DNA of 64,000 nt from Candidatus Heimdallarchaeota archaeon (GCA_018238155.1 JABCTZ010000046.1:32001-96000); one strand, 5' to 3'; counted from the first letter of the stretch, positions 49,021 to 58,239 are shown. Notes: generated by a model not told the origin, from the sequence alone. A program made the numbers and translations.

Positions 49021-50232
49021 TTAGATTTTATGTTGTGGTAGTTTAACGACTTTTTTTGGTTCTCTGCGAATCTTTGCTCCAGCTTCTACATCGATTGAAT
49101 CAGTATATTCTAGGATACCAGTTATTCTTGCACCATCTTCAATTATTAGTCGTTCAACATAGACATTATTAGCTCTACTATTCTCCATCATCTCTAAATC
49201 TAGAGCAATAATGTTTTTAGCTCTTACGTATTCCTTTAGAATAACTTCATCTGCCGAAACATCTGCAAGGAGTCTTCCTCTTTTAGCGACAGTAATCTTA
49301 CGTGCCTTAACGAATTTTGCGATAATCTTTTTTCCGGAAGAAAGTTCATCACACGTGATTTCTTTGGCTGCTTTAACTTTCATCCCAACAGAGATTTTTC
49401 CTTGAACCGTTAGTTCTTGTGCGTATAAACTCATACCAACGCTGATGTTTTCTCCAACTGCTTGACCACGTATTTTAACGGACATTCCTGCAGATACTTT
49501 TTCAAAAGTCAAATCCTTGAAAGCTTTAATACTCATGCCTGCGCTTGCTTCACCGACTACAGCAGTGTCCTTGAATTTCAAACTCATTCCTGCACTAACA
49601 TCATCCAATTTTACAGGTCCTTTTAAAATAACAGACATACCAGCACTTGCTTTTCCAATATCACCTTGTGAAGCTTTGATACTCATACCAGCACTAATAA
49701 ATTCATATTTTCCTGAACCTTTTATTATGATACTCATACCAGCTGAAATTTTACCAATTTGGTTTTCTTTTCCATTTAGAATAGCTTTCATACCAGCACT
49801 CATTTCATCAACTTCAGCACGTCCATTAAGGATAATTTTCATACCAGCAGCAATTTTATCAGCTTTGACAACGCCCTTAACTTTAATTGTCATACCTACT
49901 GCAACATTATCTGCTTTCAAGGTTCCATTTACCGTTAGTTTCTTGTCGACATAAATATCTCTGTCAACTTCTAAATCGCCAAAAATAGTTACAGAACCTT
50001 TCTCACTTTGAATGTCTCGGACTTTTAAATTACCTCTGCACTTAAAACCACCTTTATTCTTAATTTTACCATTAACAACAATTGTATCTTTTTCTGCGAT
50101 AATTGTTGCTCCTTTAGCAATTTTTAAGTCCCCTTCGACAACAGAAAGTTTCGTCCGGGATTTCTTTTTTAGTTTCATTGTTTGTTTCATTGTCATAGAA
50201 AGTTCTCCAAATTTTAGTATCGATTTCCTCAT
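49021..50232 (-). CDS. Bactofilin-like beta-helix repeat protein, AGM-repeat paralog
   Basis: About 17-aa repeats such as SAGMSIIIKGSGKYEFI; ends are collinear with 47699..48865. The true start may be ATG 50196. Confidence 0.7.
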   Translation of the reverse strand: MRKSILKFGELSMTMKQTMKLKKKSRTKLSVVEGDLKIAKGATIIAEKDTIVVNGKIKNKGGFKCRGNLKVRDIQSEKGSVTIFGDLEVDRDIYVDKKLTVNGTLKADNVAVGMTIKVKGVVKADKIAAGMKIILNGRAEVDEMSAGMKAILNGKENQIGKISAGMSIIIKGSGKYEFISAGMSIKASQGDIGKASAGMSVILKGPVKLDDVSAGMSLKFKDTAVVGEASAGMSIKAFKDLTFEKVSAGMSVKIRGQAVGENISVGMSLYAQELTVQGKISVGMKVKAAKEITCDELSSGKKIIAKFVKARKITVAKRGRLLADVSADEVILKEYVRAKNIIALDLEMMENSRANNVYVERLIIEDGARITGILEYTDSIDVEAGAKIRREPKKVVKLPQHKI

Positions 50233-50260
50233 TAATTCCTATGTATACTTGGCGTTTTTT

Positions 50261-50318
50261 TATTTAAAAAGAAAATTCACCTTATGGAGACTCAATTTGA
50301 GGTCACGATACGTGACTT
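50261..50318 (-). promoter_or_regulatory. TATA box plus conserved double-palindrome element, copy 2
   Basis: tatttaaa...aattcac-N10-CTCA-att-TGAG-GTCAC-gatac-GTGAC-tt. Confidence 0.65.
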
Positions 50319-50381
50319 CAAGGAAAAAAAAGGAAAAAAACTAGTCTATACTAAACAAATGCCTCTTTAAACAATCCTTTT

Positions 50382-51254
50382 TTATTTAAATTTAAATTCA
50401 ACAATTTCTTTCAATAGTTTTGGGTTATCTGAGAAAATACCATCCACACCCCAATCCAATAATCTAAACATATCACCAGGTTTGTTTACTGTCCAGACGT
50501 GAATTGCTATATTTAATAAATGAGTTATTTGAAAGAATCTTTCCCCGCTGAAAATTTTTAGTAATAATATTTTTTCAGGAATCTGCAAAGCAAAATATGG
50601 TAAAGTGTATCCTAAGATTTCTTCTTGTTCCAAGCATTCAATATCACTTATAGGTTTGTTGATATTCTTTTTCATCCATTTTTTCACTCTTTGACGAAAA
50701 TGCCACACTTCTTTGGGTCCTGCACTTGTTGGAGCTCCTGATTTTTCTCTAAATCTTTCTAATTGTTTTGTGTGAAATGATCCCACCATTACTCGGTCTT
50801 CAGCATCAAATATCTTAAGTTTATTAGCCAATATTATTGGTGCTTTTGGATCTCTATCTTTAATATCCATATTGAATTTCATTTTTGGAAATAAAGTTAG
50901 AATGTCATCCACAGATTGAATTTTAAAACCTGCACCTCTAAATGGAAAAGTTTTATCGAACTCACCTACTCCTTGGAAATTATGTCCTTGTTCAAACATT
51001 TTGAGCTCTTTTAGAGTAAAAGATTTAACAAAACCTCGTCCATTTGTTGTCCGATTTATAGTAGCATCATGAAAAAAAACAATTTCATCGTCTTTGGTAA
51101 TACGAAGATCAGCCTCAATAACATCCACATCTAAATCAAAAGCATCTTTAACTGCTTGGAAAGTATTTTCAGGAATATTTACACTATCACCTCTATGTGC
51201 CATAACAAGAGGTTTCTTTCCTTTTAAAAATGAGACAGGACTGTTTTTCCACAT
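50382..51254 (-). CDS. Glycerophosphodiester phosphodiesterase
   Basis: AHRG, PENT, IEAD, HD, NMDIK, VWTVN and GVDGIFSDNP motifs. Confidence 0.92.
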   Translation of the reverse strand: MWKNSPVSFLKGKKPLVMAHRGDSVNIPENTFQAVKDAFDLDVDVIEADLRITKDDEIVFFHDATINRTTNGRGFVKSFTLKELKMFEQGHNFQGVGEFDKTFPFRGAGFKIQSVDDILTLFPKMKFNMDIKDRDPKAPIILANKLKIFDAEDRVMVGSFHTKQLERFREKSGAPTSAGPKEVWHFRQRVKKWMKKNINKPISDIECLEQEEILGYTLPYFALQIPEKILLLKIFSGERFFQITHLLNIAIHVWTVNKPGDMFRLLDWGVDGIFSDNPKLLKEIVEFKFK

Positions 51255-51420
51255 GGTTAAACTTTCTATAATAGGTAAGCAAAAAACCTTTCGAAGACAA
51301 AAAAAAGAACAAACCGAATTGAGAGATTATCTGTGAATTATTAGCAAGTTAGATAAATTAATAAAGTACAAGCAAACGAGGTTTATACAAGAACCAAATT
51401 AAATATTCAACCGTGGTGGT

Positions 51421-52668
51421 ATGAAAAAATTGGCAGACTTTTTTGTTGGCGAAGCTCTTCAAGGTAAAGGTAATGAGCTAGCCCATATAGATTTAATGAT
51501 TGGAGACAAGGATGGACCAGTTGGTTTTGCATTTGCTAATGGTATGACTCAATTATCGAAAGGGCATACACCCGTTTTAGCACTAATAAAACCAAACTTA
51601 CAACCACATCCTAGAACGCTAATTGTACCAAAAGTTACAATTGAAAATTTAGACCAAGCAGGGAAAATTTTTGGACCGGCACAAATGGCTGTAGCAAAAG
51701 CTGTTGCAGATGCTGCTGCAGAAGGAGATATCCCCAAAGATAAGCTCATGAACTATGTAGTAATTGTGAGTGTGTATATTCATCCTAAAGCTGAAAGCGA
51801 ATCTAAAATTTACTATTATAATTATGGTGCTACCCGATTAGCATTGAAACGAGCTCTCAGCAACTATCCACCAATGAAGAAACTCATTGCAGAAAAGGAT
51901 CGTGCAAGACACCCAGTGATGAAATTCAAACCTCAAACCCTCTGGAACCCACCTTATGTTCAAATAGCTTTAGATGTTGGTTCATTATCTACAGCAATTA
52001 ATATTGTTGAACAGCTTCCAAAATCTGAAAGAATGATCATTGAAATTGGTACACCATATATCAAGAAATATGGTATCGAAGAAACTGTTGGTAAAATGCG
52101 TGAGCTGAAACCAGGTGGCTATATTATTGCTGATATGAAAACACTTGATGTTGGTAGAGCAGAAGTAAATGCAGCCGCAGATGCAACTGCAAATGCTTGT
52201 GTTGTTTCAGGAATTGCTCCAATAGACACGGTAAAAGAATTCATTCGTGCTTGTAACAAAAGAGGTATTCATGCATGGATTGACTCCCTAAACACAAATC
52301 AAATTAAATTTATCGCTATGCTTGAAGCACTCCCAGAAAAACCAAAAGTAGTCATTTTACATAGAGGTATTGATCAAGAAGTTGCTCAAAAAGAAGGAAC
52401 AACAAAGAAAGAAGGAACTTCTGCATCACGCTCTGTATGGGGTGACATTAAGAAAATCAAAAAAATAACTGGTGGCTTAGTAGCCGTTGCAGGTGGTTTG
52501 AAACCTGGTAAACCACTAGCAGAAGCACTTCGTGCTGGAGCAGATATTATAATAGTTGGAAGATATATTTATCGAGCAAGTGATCCTCACAGAGCAGCGA
52601 TGCGATTCCTTGATGATATGGAAATCGAACCTGATACAATGAGACTCTTCGATAAACTTGATTATTAA
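51421..52668 (+). CDS. fae-hps: Bifunctional formaldehyde-activating enzyme / 3-hexulose-6-phosphate synthase
   Basis: GEAL.G.GNELAHIDL.IG...FGPAQ.AVAKAVAD (Fae); QIALD...EIGTP...ADMKTLD...LHRGID...VAVAGG (Hps). Confidence 0.93.
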   Translation: MKKLADFFVGEALQGKGNELAHIDLMIGDKDGPVGFAFANGMTQLSKGHTPVLALIKPNLQPHPRTLIVPKVTIENLDQAGKIFGPAQMAVAKAVADAAAEGDIPKDKLMNYVVIVSVYIHPKAESESKIYYYNYGATRLALKRALSNYPPMKKLIAEKDRARHPVMKFKPQTLWNPPYVQIALDVGSLSTAINIVEQLPKSERMIIEIGTPYIKKYGIEETVGKMRELKPGGYIIADMKTLDVGRAEVNAAADATANACVVSGIAPIDTVKEFIRACNKRGIHAWIDSLNTNQIKFIAMLEALPEKPKVVILHRGIDQEVAQKEGTTKKEGTSASRSVWGDIKKIKKITGGLVAVAGGLKPGKPLAEALRAGADIIIVGRYIYRASDPHRAAMRFLDDMEIEPDTMRLFDKLDY

Positions 52669-52670
52669 TT

Positions 52671-52690
52671 AGGAAGATTTATTTCTTCCT
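52671..52690 (+). terminator. Hairpin plus T-tract after fae-hps
   Basis: AGGAAGA-N6-TCTTCCT followed by T-rich sequence. Confidence 0.55.
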
Positions 52691-52729
52691 TTGATTTATT
52701 TTTTTTAGATTTCCACAGAATTATTTATT

Positions 52730-53086
52730 TTACTTATCTTCATTTTCAGATTTTTCTAATACTTTTTCTATATTATATTTGCAACTTAAGTCACTGATAG
52801 TTCTTCTAAATTGGAAGAATCGAATTGTACCAATTATTAGTATACCTATCCCAATTGTAATTAGAATCCAACCAAGGACAACCAAAATTAAAGTAGTTTC
52901 AATCAGCTTAATTAACCCAAATCCAACAGCAGCAAATGCTAATGCAGATCTTACATATGCTAGGAACGTTCTTTCATTTGCTAATGCAGTTCTATCTGCA
53001 GCGAGATGATCACGCATTATTAATTCATCTTTCTTCACACTATATACTGATTTATGTTCCGTTTTCCGCTTGTTAGATTTCTTCAT
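52730..53086 (-). CDS. DUF202 (YidH-like) membrane protein
   Basis: RDHLAADRTALANERTFLAYVRS plus two TM helices. Confidence 0.9.
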   Translation of the reverse strand: MKKSNKRKTEHKSVYSVKKDELIMRDHLAADRTALANERTFLAYVRSALAFAAVGFGLIKLIETTLILVVLGWILITIGIGILIIGTIRFFQFRRTISDLSCKYNIEKVLEKSENEDK

Positions 53087-53331
53087 ATCAGTTGACCTTC
53101 AATAGTTATTTTAACATTAACATTAAAAATTTTTACTTTATATTTGATGTGAAACAATCATTTCTGTGTTTATGTAATAATTTTGTTACAAGCCCATTCA
53201 ATGGAAATGGAGGTAAGTTAGTTTTTAACTAGTTCATGTTAATTTTACAAGCAAAAAATGCCGATTAAGAGTGAAAGTTTCTTCTTTGATGTTATTAAAA
53301 CCTATTTTAAAGATAAAGCCTATAATTAAAT

Positions 53332-53488
53332 TGGCGAAGAAAAAGCCTCCGAAAAAGACTAACGATATCTTTAGGATTGAGATAGATATCGGGTAGGATT
53401 TCCGAAGGATAAAGACCACGACAGAATATTGCAAAACTCTTCAATCTATTGGGTCTGCAAAACGCTTGAAATGGTCGTTTTTTCGCCA
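53332..53488 (+). ncRNA. Candidate ~157-nt structured ncRNA (or MITE-like element)
   Basis: 5' TGGCGAAGAAA pairs with 3' TTTTTTCGCCA; nested internal helices; TTTTAAAG about 25 nt upstream and a T-run immediately downstream. Confidence 0.45.
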
Positions 53489-53565
53489 TTTTTTATGTAC
53501 AAAGTTTCAATAAATCTTCTACCAAATAAAATTATTACTCATTTGTTGGAAAATTGAAAAAGATT

Positions 53566-55293
53566 TCAAGCTAATTTTTTTAGCAATTCTTTAGAGGTCA
53601 GAGTATTCAAAATGTTCTTCTTTTCACACCAAGCTCTTCGAGCGATGTTTAATCCATAACCAATATTTTTTAGTTGTTGATGATTGTGGCTATCAGTTCC
53701 AATATAAAAATCAATCTTATTTTTAAAATCAAATACTACATTATCATCTACATCTAAGCGATTAGGGTTAGCATTTATTTCTAGAAATGTTTTCGTTTCA
53801 ATGCATTTTTCAATTATCTTAGAGAAATTTATTGAATATCCATCTCTTCTATCTAGTTGTCTTCCAGTTGGATGACCAATACCATTTACAAATTCATTGT
53901 CCATTGCAGTAATAATTCTCATAGTCATTTCCTCTTCGGACATATTGAAAATCGAATGAACGGATGCAATTACAAAATCTAAGTCTCTCAGTAATTTATT
54001 TGGAATGCTAAGTGAACCATCCTTTAGAATATCACATTCAACGCCTTGCAAAATTTCAACTGAAGAACTTTGGTTTATTTGTTCAATGGTTTTTCTTTGT
54101 TTAGCAATTTTTTCTTCGTTCATTGGATTATAGATTGGGTTCTTTCCGAAGTGATCTGTGATTATTAAATATTCATAATTTCTTTCTGTTGCTGTAAATG
54201 CTATTTCATCAATAGTAGATTTCCCGTCAGACCAGTTTGTATGAACATGAAAATCAGCTTTGATATCGTCTAGAGAAATTAAATCAGGTAAAGAATTCTT
54301 CTGCGCCAGCTCAATTTCTCCTCTATCTTCTCTAATATCCGGCGGAATAAAACTCATACCAATTGCCTTGTAAACTTCCTCTTCAGTTGTACTTGCAATG
54401 AGTGTTTTTCCTTCTTCATCAAATAAACCGTACTCATTCAAAAGTAAATTATTTCTATCTGCAATTGTTCGCAATTTTACAGTGTGATTTCTAGAACCGG
54501 TAGAATGGATTAAACCAGAACCACTAGATTGCTCTTTCAGGATTCTGAGGTCAACATTAATCCCATTAGTAAGTTTAACAGTTGTTTTAAGTGGACCTTT
54601 TACAACTATAACCTCTACACTATCCATTTGAGAGAAAATATCCATAATTAACTCAAAATCTTCTTCTTTTCCTATTGCATGTAAATCAATATCCCGTATT
54701 GTTGATTTTCTTCTTCTAATTGAACCGCCTATTTCTACACTTTGAATTTGATCTATTCCTTCAAGGAAGGTCTTTAAATTTAATGCAATTGGAATGACTT
54801 TGAAAAGAGGTCTCCGTTCCGATTTTACGAATGTTAATGCTCTAGTGATTTTAGCAATTTTTTTTTCAGTGAATCCAGGGAGTTCAGCTAATAACCCACT
54901 TTCGATTGCTTCTTCCAGATCGGTAATAGATTTAATGCCTAATTCTTTGTACAATTTGCCTGCTGTTTTACCACCAATGCCTTCAATTTTCATTAAACTT
55001 GTAACTTGGACAGGCACTTTTTGAGTTAATTTATCCAAATAGATTGTATTTCCATTTACTACTATCTCTTTTATTTTTTCGCTAATTGCATCACCAATAC
55101 CTGGTAATTCCTTAACTCGTTCTTCTTGAACAATAACTTCAATATCCTCTGCTGTTTGCTGTAAAGAATCAACTGCTTTTCGATAAGCCCTTATTTTATA
55201 GACGCTTTCACCAATAATTTCCAAAAGATCTGCTATTTGAGTTAGCTTTTCTATTACTAATTCATTTTTCATTGATATAAAACACTGCTCCAC
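53566..55293 (-). CDS. polX: DNA polymerase X fused to a PHP domain
   Basis: KIRAYRKA, LPGIG HhH, GSIRR, RDID, VDLR, TGS, HVHT.WSDG, TDH and TDSH motifs. Likely start is ATG 55272. Confidence 0.93.
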   Translation of the reverse strand: MEQCFISMKNELVIEKLTQIADLLEIIGESVYKIRAYRKAVDSLQQTAEDIEVIVQEERVKELPGIGDAISEKIKEIVVNGNTIYLDKLTQKVPVQVTSLMKIEGIGGKTAGKLYKELGIKSITDLEEAIESGLLAELPGFTEKKIAKITRALTFVKSERRPLFKVIPIALNLKTFLEGIDQIQSVEIGGSIRRRKSTIRDIDLHAIGKEEDFELIMDIFSQMDSVEVIVVKGPLKTTVKLTNGINVDLRILKEQSSGSGLIHSTGSRNHTVKLRTIADRNNLLLNEYGLFDEEGKTLIASTTEEEVYKAIGMSFIPPDIREDRGEIELAQKNSLPDLISLDDIKADFHVHTNWSDGKSTIDEIAFTATERNYEYLIITDHFGKNPIYNPMNEEKIAKQRKTIEQINQSSSVEILQGVECDILKDGSLSIPNKLLRDLDFVIASVHSIFNMSEEEMTMRIITAMDNEFVNGIGHPTGRQLDRRDGYSINFSKIIEKCIETKTFLEINANPNRLDVDDNVVFDFKNKIDFYIGTDSHNHQQLKNIGYGLNIARRAWCEKKNILNTLTSKELLKKLA

Positions 55294-55423
55294 TTTTCGA
55301 GAAAATCCATTTCTTGTAAAACATTGAAATAGAGATATTATAAAGATAGTGTTTTAAAAATAGAAAAAAATCTTTGAAAATAGATTGTTGTGAGAAAGAA
55401 ATAATAAGAAAAAGGTTATTTTG

Positions 55424-55663
55424 TTATTTTTTTACGTATGATTTCCAACCACCAACAATGTTAACCAACCGTTGGATTTCATTAATTTCTCCTACCAAAT
55501 CAATCAAAACTTTCTGCCAAGTACCAAACTTTTTAACATTAATTTTATCTGTACTAGGTGGTAAACTTAAAACGTAAATAATGGCCTCGTCATGATTGTT
55601 AAAATGCTTTACTTCTTCCTTATATGTAATAGAATATCTATCAACAGCGTTCATTGTAATCAC
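55424..55663 (-). CDS. Small hypothetical protein
   Basis: 79-aa ORF filling the gap between co-oriented genes; no recognised motif. Confidence 0.5.
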   Translation of the reverse strand: MITMNAVDRYSITYKEEVKHFNNHDEAIIYVLSLPPSTDKINVKKFGTWQKVLIDLVGEINEIQRLVNIVGGWKSYVKK

Positions 55664-55812
55664 TTCTAAACTATTAATAGTGGATTGATATATTCTCCTT
55701 CTCCTAAATGAAGATTGTCATCTAATTTAAGAGTGCTTCGTATATACTCAAAAAACATCTAACAAATAAAAACTTTTTTGGAAAAAATTAGCAGTAAACT
55801 AATCTAAATTGT

Positions 55813-56340
55813 TCATTTTGGTATCTTAATTCCATTTTCTTCTGCTTTTCTATTTAATAAACTTTTAAATTCCTTTGCTTTTTGTTTTAAATTTACTTCA
55901 TTGATTTTCTCTCCACACTTCATAAGATCAATTATTGTTTGAATATCAAAAAACAAAAAATGTCGAATTATAAAACTCTTTGATCTTCCTGCATTGTATT
56001 TCTCCAAAGCCTCTTCAAGATACTTTCTCTTATTAGATTGTAATTTATTCCAATTACTATAACCGATTTTTTTAATTTCATCTAAATGTTTCAACCATAT
56101 TTTATTTGTATTAAATCCATTCCAATCTTTCAAATTATTTATCTTTTCGCAAGGTGTATCAGAACAATCCGCACAGCTCTCTAAATTTTTGTTAAAATTA
56201 CAGCACTTGTAAGTAGCACAATATTTGCAATGAGCATCAAGTCCACATCCTAAGCATTTTGACTTCCCATCAATGTGATATCTTGGACAAAGATTGCATG
56301 ACATTCCACAACAACCGATTAAAAAATATTTTTTGCTCAT
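55813..56340 (-). CDS. DUF3795-family Cys-rich protein
   Basis: GCCGMSCNLCPRY...CLGC...C..C....CC...SCADC...PC. Confidence 0.75.
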   Translation of the reverse strand: MSKKYFLIGCCGMSCNLCPRYHIDGKSKCLGCGLDAHCKYCATYKCCNFNKNLESCADCSDTPCEKINNLKDWNGFNTNKIWLKHLDEIKKIGYSNWNKLQSNKRKYLEEALEKYNAGRSKSFIIRHFLFFDIQTIIDLMKCGEKINEVNLKQKAKEFKSLLNRKAEENGIKIPK

Positions 56341-56515
56341 TGCCCAATTACCTTGCCATTCAAAATTCCATTAAATTAAATAGCTTTTAAAATTAAATAA
56401 TTAATATCTTCTTAAACTTATTTGATTTCGTATGTAATTGATTTCAGACTATTATGTGGAAATTTATAAGTGAAAGAATAAAGACTACTATCAAGAAAAA
56501 AAAGAACTGATTTAT

Positions 56516-57220
56516 ATGAATAATGAAAAAAAAAACGATAGAACATCTGAGGAAAACTTCGAAACAGAAGAAGTTACAAGTCCATATATGTCAGAAGAAG
56601 TTATACTTAAGAAGAGAACTCCTTTTCATGCAATGTGGATGATCTTCAGAATACGTGCTTGGAGGATTCTAGGACATCATCCAGCTTGTAGTCGATATAA
56701 AAATCATTACTTCAAAATAGGTTCTTTTATTTTTTGCATCGGTTGTTTAAGCATTTATTCTGCGATATCAGTATATCTTATTTTATTTTTTACTATTCCA
56801 TCCATCTTCAGGTATAATATCACAGTGATAAGCATACTACCTTTTGCAGGCTTTGGTTTAGCAATTAGTCATATTTTTCTAAAAGTCAAAAATAAATGGC
56901 TAAAAGCCGTCTTTCGATTTTCAGCAGGATTTGGTATAGGTGCATTTGGAGCAATTATTATTGCTGTCTTCAAATATTATTGGTGGTTAAGCATTATACT
57001 TTCTGTGTTGTTATTGACAGGTAATCAATTATATGGTATAAGTCGAGGACGTAATGCAAATAGAAAAGAATGTATTGATTGTCCCTTAGCTAACGGTGAC
57101 CCTCCTTGTGAACCGATAAGAAATACAAACATTCGAATTCGAAAAGTACATGAAATCATAGATGAAGAACTTCAAAAAGCACAAAATCCATCTCAAAGCA
57201 AAGGTAAGAAAACCGACTAA
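56516..57220 (+). CDS. Four-TM membrane protein with a His/Cys cluster (DUF2085-like)
   Basis: GHHPAC..YKNH.....FCIGC before TM1; CIDC...C after the last TM. Confidence 0.55.
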   Translation: MNNEKKNDRTSEENFETEEVTSPYMSEEVILKKRTPFHAMWMIFRIRAWRILGHHPACSRYKNHYFKIGSFIFCIGCLSIYSAISVYLILFFTIPSIFRYNITVISILPFAGFGLAISHIFLKVKNKWLKAVFRFSAGFGIGAFGAIIIAVFKYYWWLSIILSVLLLTGNQLYGISRGRNANRKECIDCPLANGDPPCEPIRNTNIRIRKVHEIIDEELQKAQNPSQSKGKKTD

Positions 57221-57338
57221 AATCACCATCGCTAAAGTTCTTACCCATTCAATCAAAATCATTATTAATTATAAAACAATGAAGAGTATAGGTTATTATT
57301 TAAATTAAGAATATTATAATTTGTGGGATGGTAAAAAA

Positions 57339-57827
57339 ATGTCTAAAGAAGAACAATTTGAATCTACTTTTGATGATACTGAGGAAAATTTCAAGGAATC
57401 CTCTGAGGAGCAGAGCTTTACTCCACCAGAAGAACAACAAGAATTTGGTGAGTACAATGAAATTATTGACAGTGAAGAGATACAAAAGAAGAAGAAACGT
57501 AAGAAAATATGGTTACTAGTTATTTTTGCAATCATTTTGCCTATTCTACTTATTGCTGGAATTGTTATTGTTATTATATTAGCAGTGGTTGGCTTAATGG
57601 AAAGCTGCTGTTCTCAATGCGGTCAATCCTGTTGTACTGCTTGTGGTGAGAGCTGCTCAGAGAGTTGTTCTTCAAGTTGTGATAATGCTTGTCAAAATTC
57701 ATGTAGTAATTGTAGCTGTGACTGTAATAACAGCATTACAACAGTATCTCTAAAAGAGACAATTATCAGTCAATTGAAACTTGTAAGATGGTTTTTCACT
57801 TATTTATTAGGGATTTTCAAATTTTGA
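57339..57827 (+). CDS. Cys-string membrane protein, paralog 1
   Basis: Acidic N-terminus, KKKKRKK, ~30-aa hydrophobic stretch, 14-Cys tract, aromatic C-terminal helix. Start set at ATG 57339. Confidence 0.75.
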   Translation: MSKEEQFESTFDDTEENFKESSEEQSFTPPEEQQEFGEYNEIIDSEEIQKKKKRKKIWLLVIFAIILPILLIAGIVIVIILAVVGLMESCCSQCGQSCCTACGESCSESCSSSCDNACQNSCSNCSCDCNNSITTVSLKETIISQLKLVRWFFTYLLGIFKF

Positions 57828-57918
57828 AATCCCTTTTTGATTTCTTTACTGTTGTTAGTAAAAGTTTTTTAATAATATCACACACATTGATTCTAGTTAT
57901 TATTATTGGGGTTAAGAA

Positions 57919-58239
57919 ATGGCAGAAAATTTTGATTCAGAATTAGATCCAGAATTAAAAAAGAAGAAAAAGAAGAAAATTCTCCTAATAATCTTGGCAA
58001 TTGTTTGCCCAGTTATAGTTATTGTTACAATTGTTGTTTTGGTTATACTAGCAATAACTGGTGCAGTCCAGGGATGTTGTTCCTCATGTGGTACAGCTTG
58101 TTGTAGCTCTTGTGGAGAATCTTGTGGCAACTCTTGCTCTTCTAGTTGCAATAGTTCAATTGAAATTTCAATCAGAGAGACTATTATAAATCAAATTAAG
58201 AACATCAAATGGTTTTTCTATTATCTCTTGAATAGGTGA
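57919..58239 (+). CDS. Cys-string membrane protein, paralog 2
   Basis: KKKKKKK, hydrophobic stretch, CCSSCGTACCSSCGESCGNSCSSSC; C-terminus homologous to paralog 1. Confidence 0.75.
   Translation: MAENFDSELDPELKKKKKKKILLIILAIVCPVIVIVTIVVLVILAITGAVQGCCSSCGTACCSSCGESCGNSCSSSCNSSIEISIRETIINQIKNIKWFFYYLLNR

Noticed and set aside
47900-49950. CRISPR-like or DNA-level repeat array (recurring ccaccaac / catacc at ~51-bp spacing)
   Set aside because: The periodicity is explained by 17-aa protein repeats, with no conserved repeat-spacer structure.
53332-53488. tRNA or tRNA-like call based on the terminal CCA
   Set aside because: There is no TTCRA T-loop or cloverleaf, and the CCA is part of the terminal helix.
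56660-56750. DHHC palmitoyltransferase call from GHHPAC...CIG next to Cys-string proteins
   Set aside because: The motif is not DHHC, the upstream Cys-rich domain is absent and the topology differs. It is kept only as a His/Cys membrane protein.
4862-57485. Numerous short ORFs nested in or antisense to long genes (e.g. 5209, 11410, 12310, 14787, 23153, 33994, 48309, 49517)
   Set aside because: They are shadow ORFs of well-supported genes with no independent evidence.
57600-58150. SCIFF/ranthipeptide RiPP cluster
   Set aside because: The Cys spacing is similar, but no radical SAM gene is in the window and the peptides are embedded in membrane proteins. It remains only one hypothesis.
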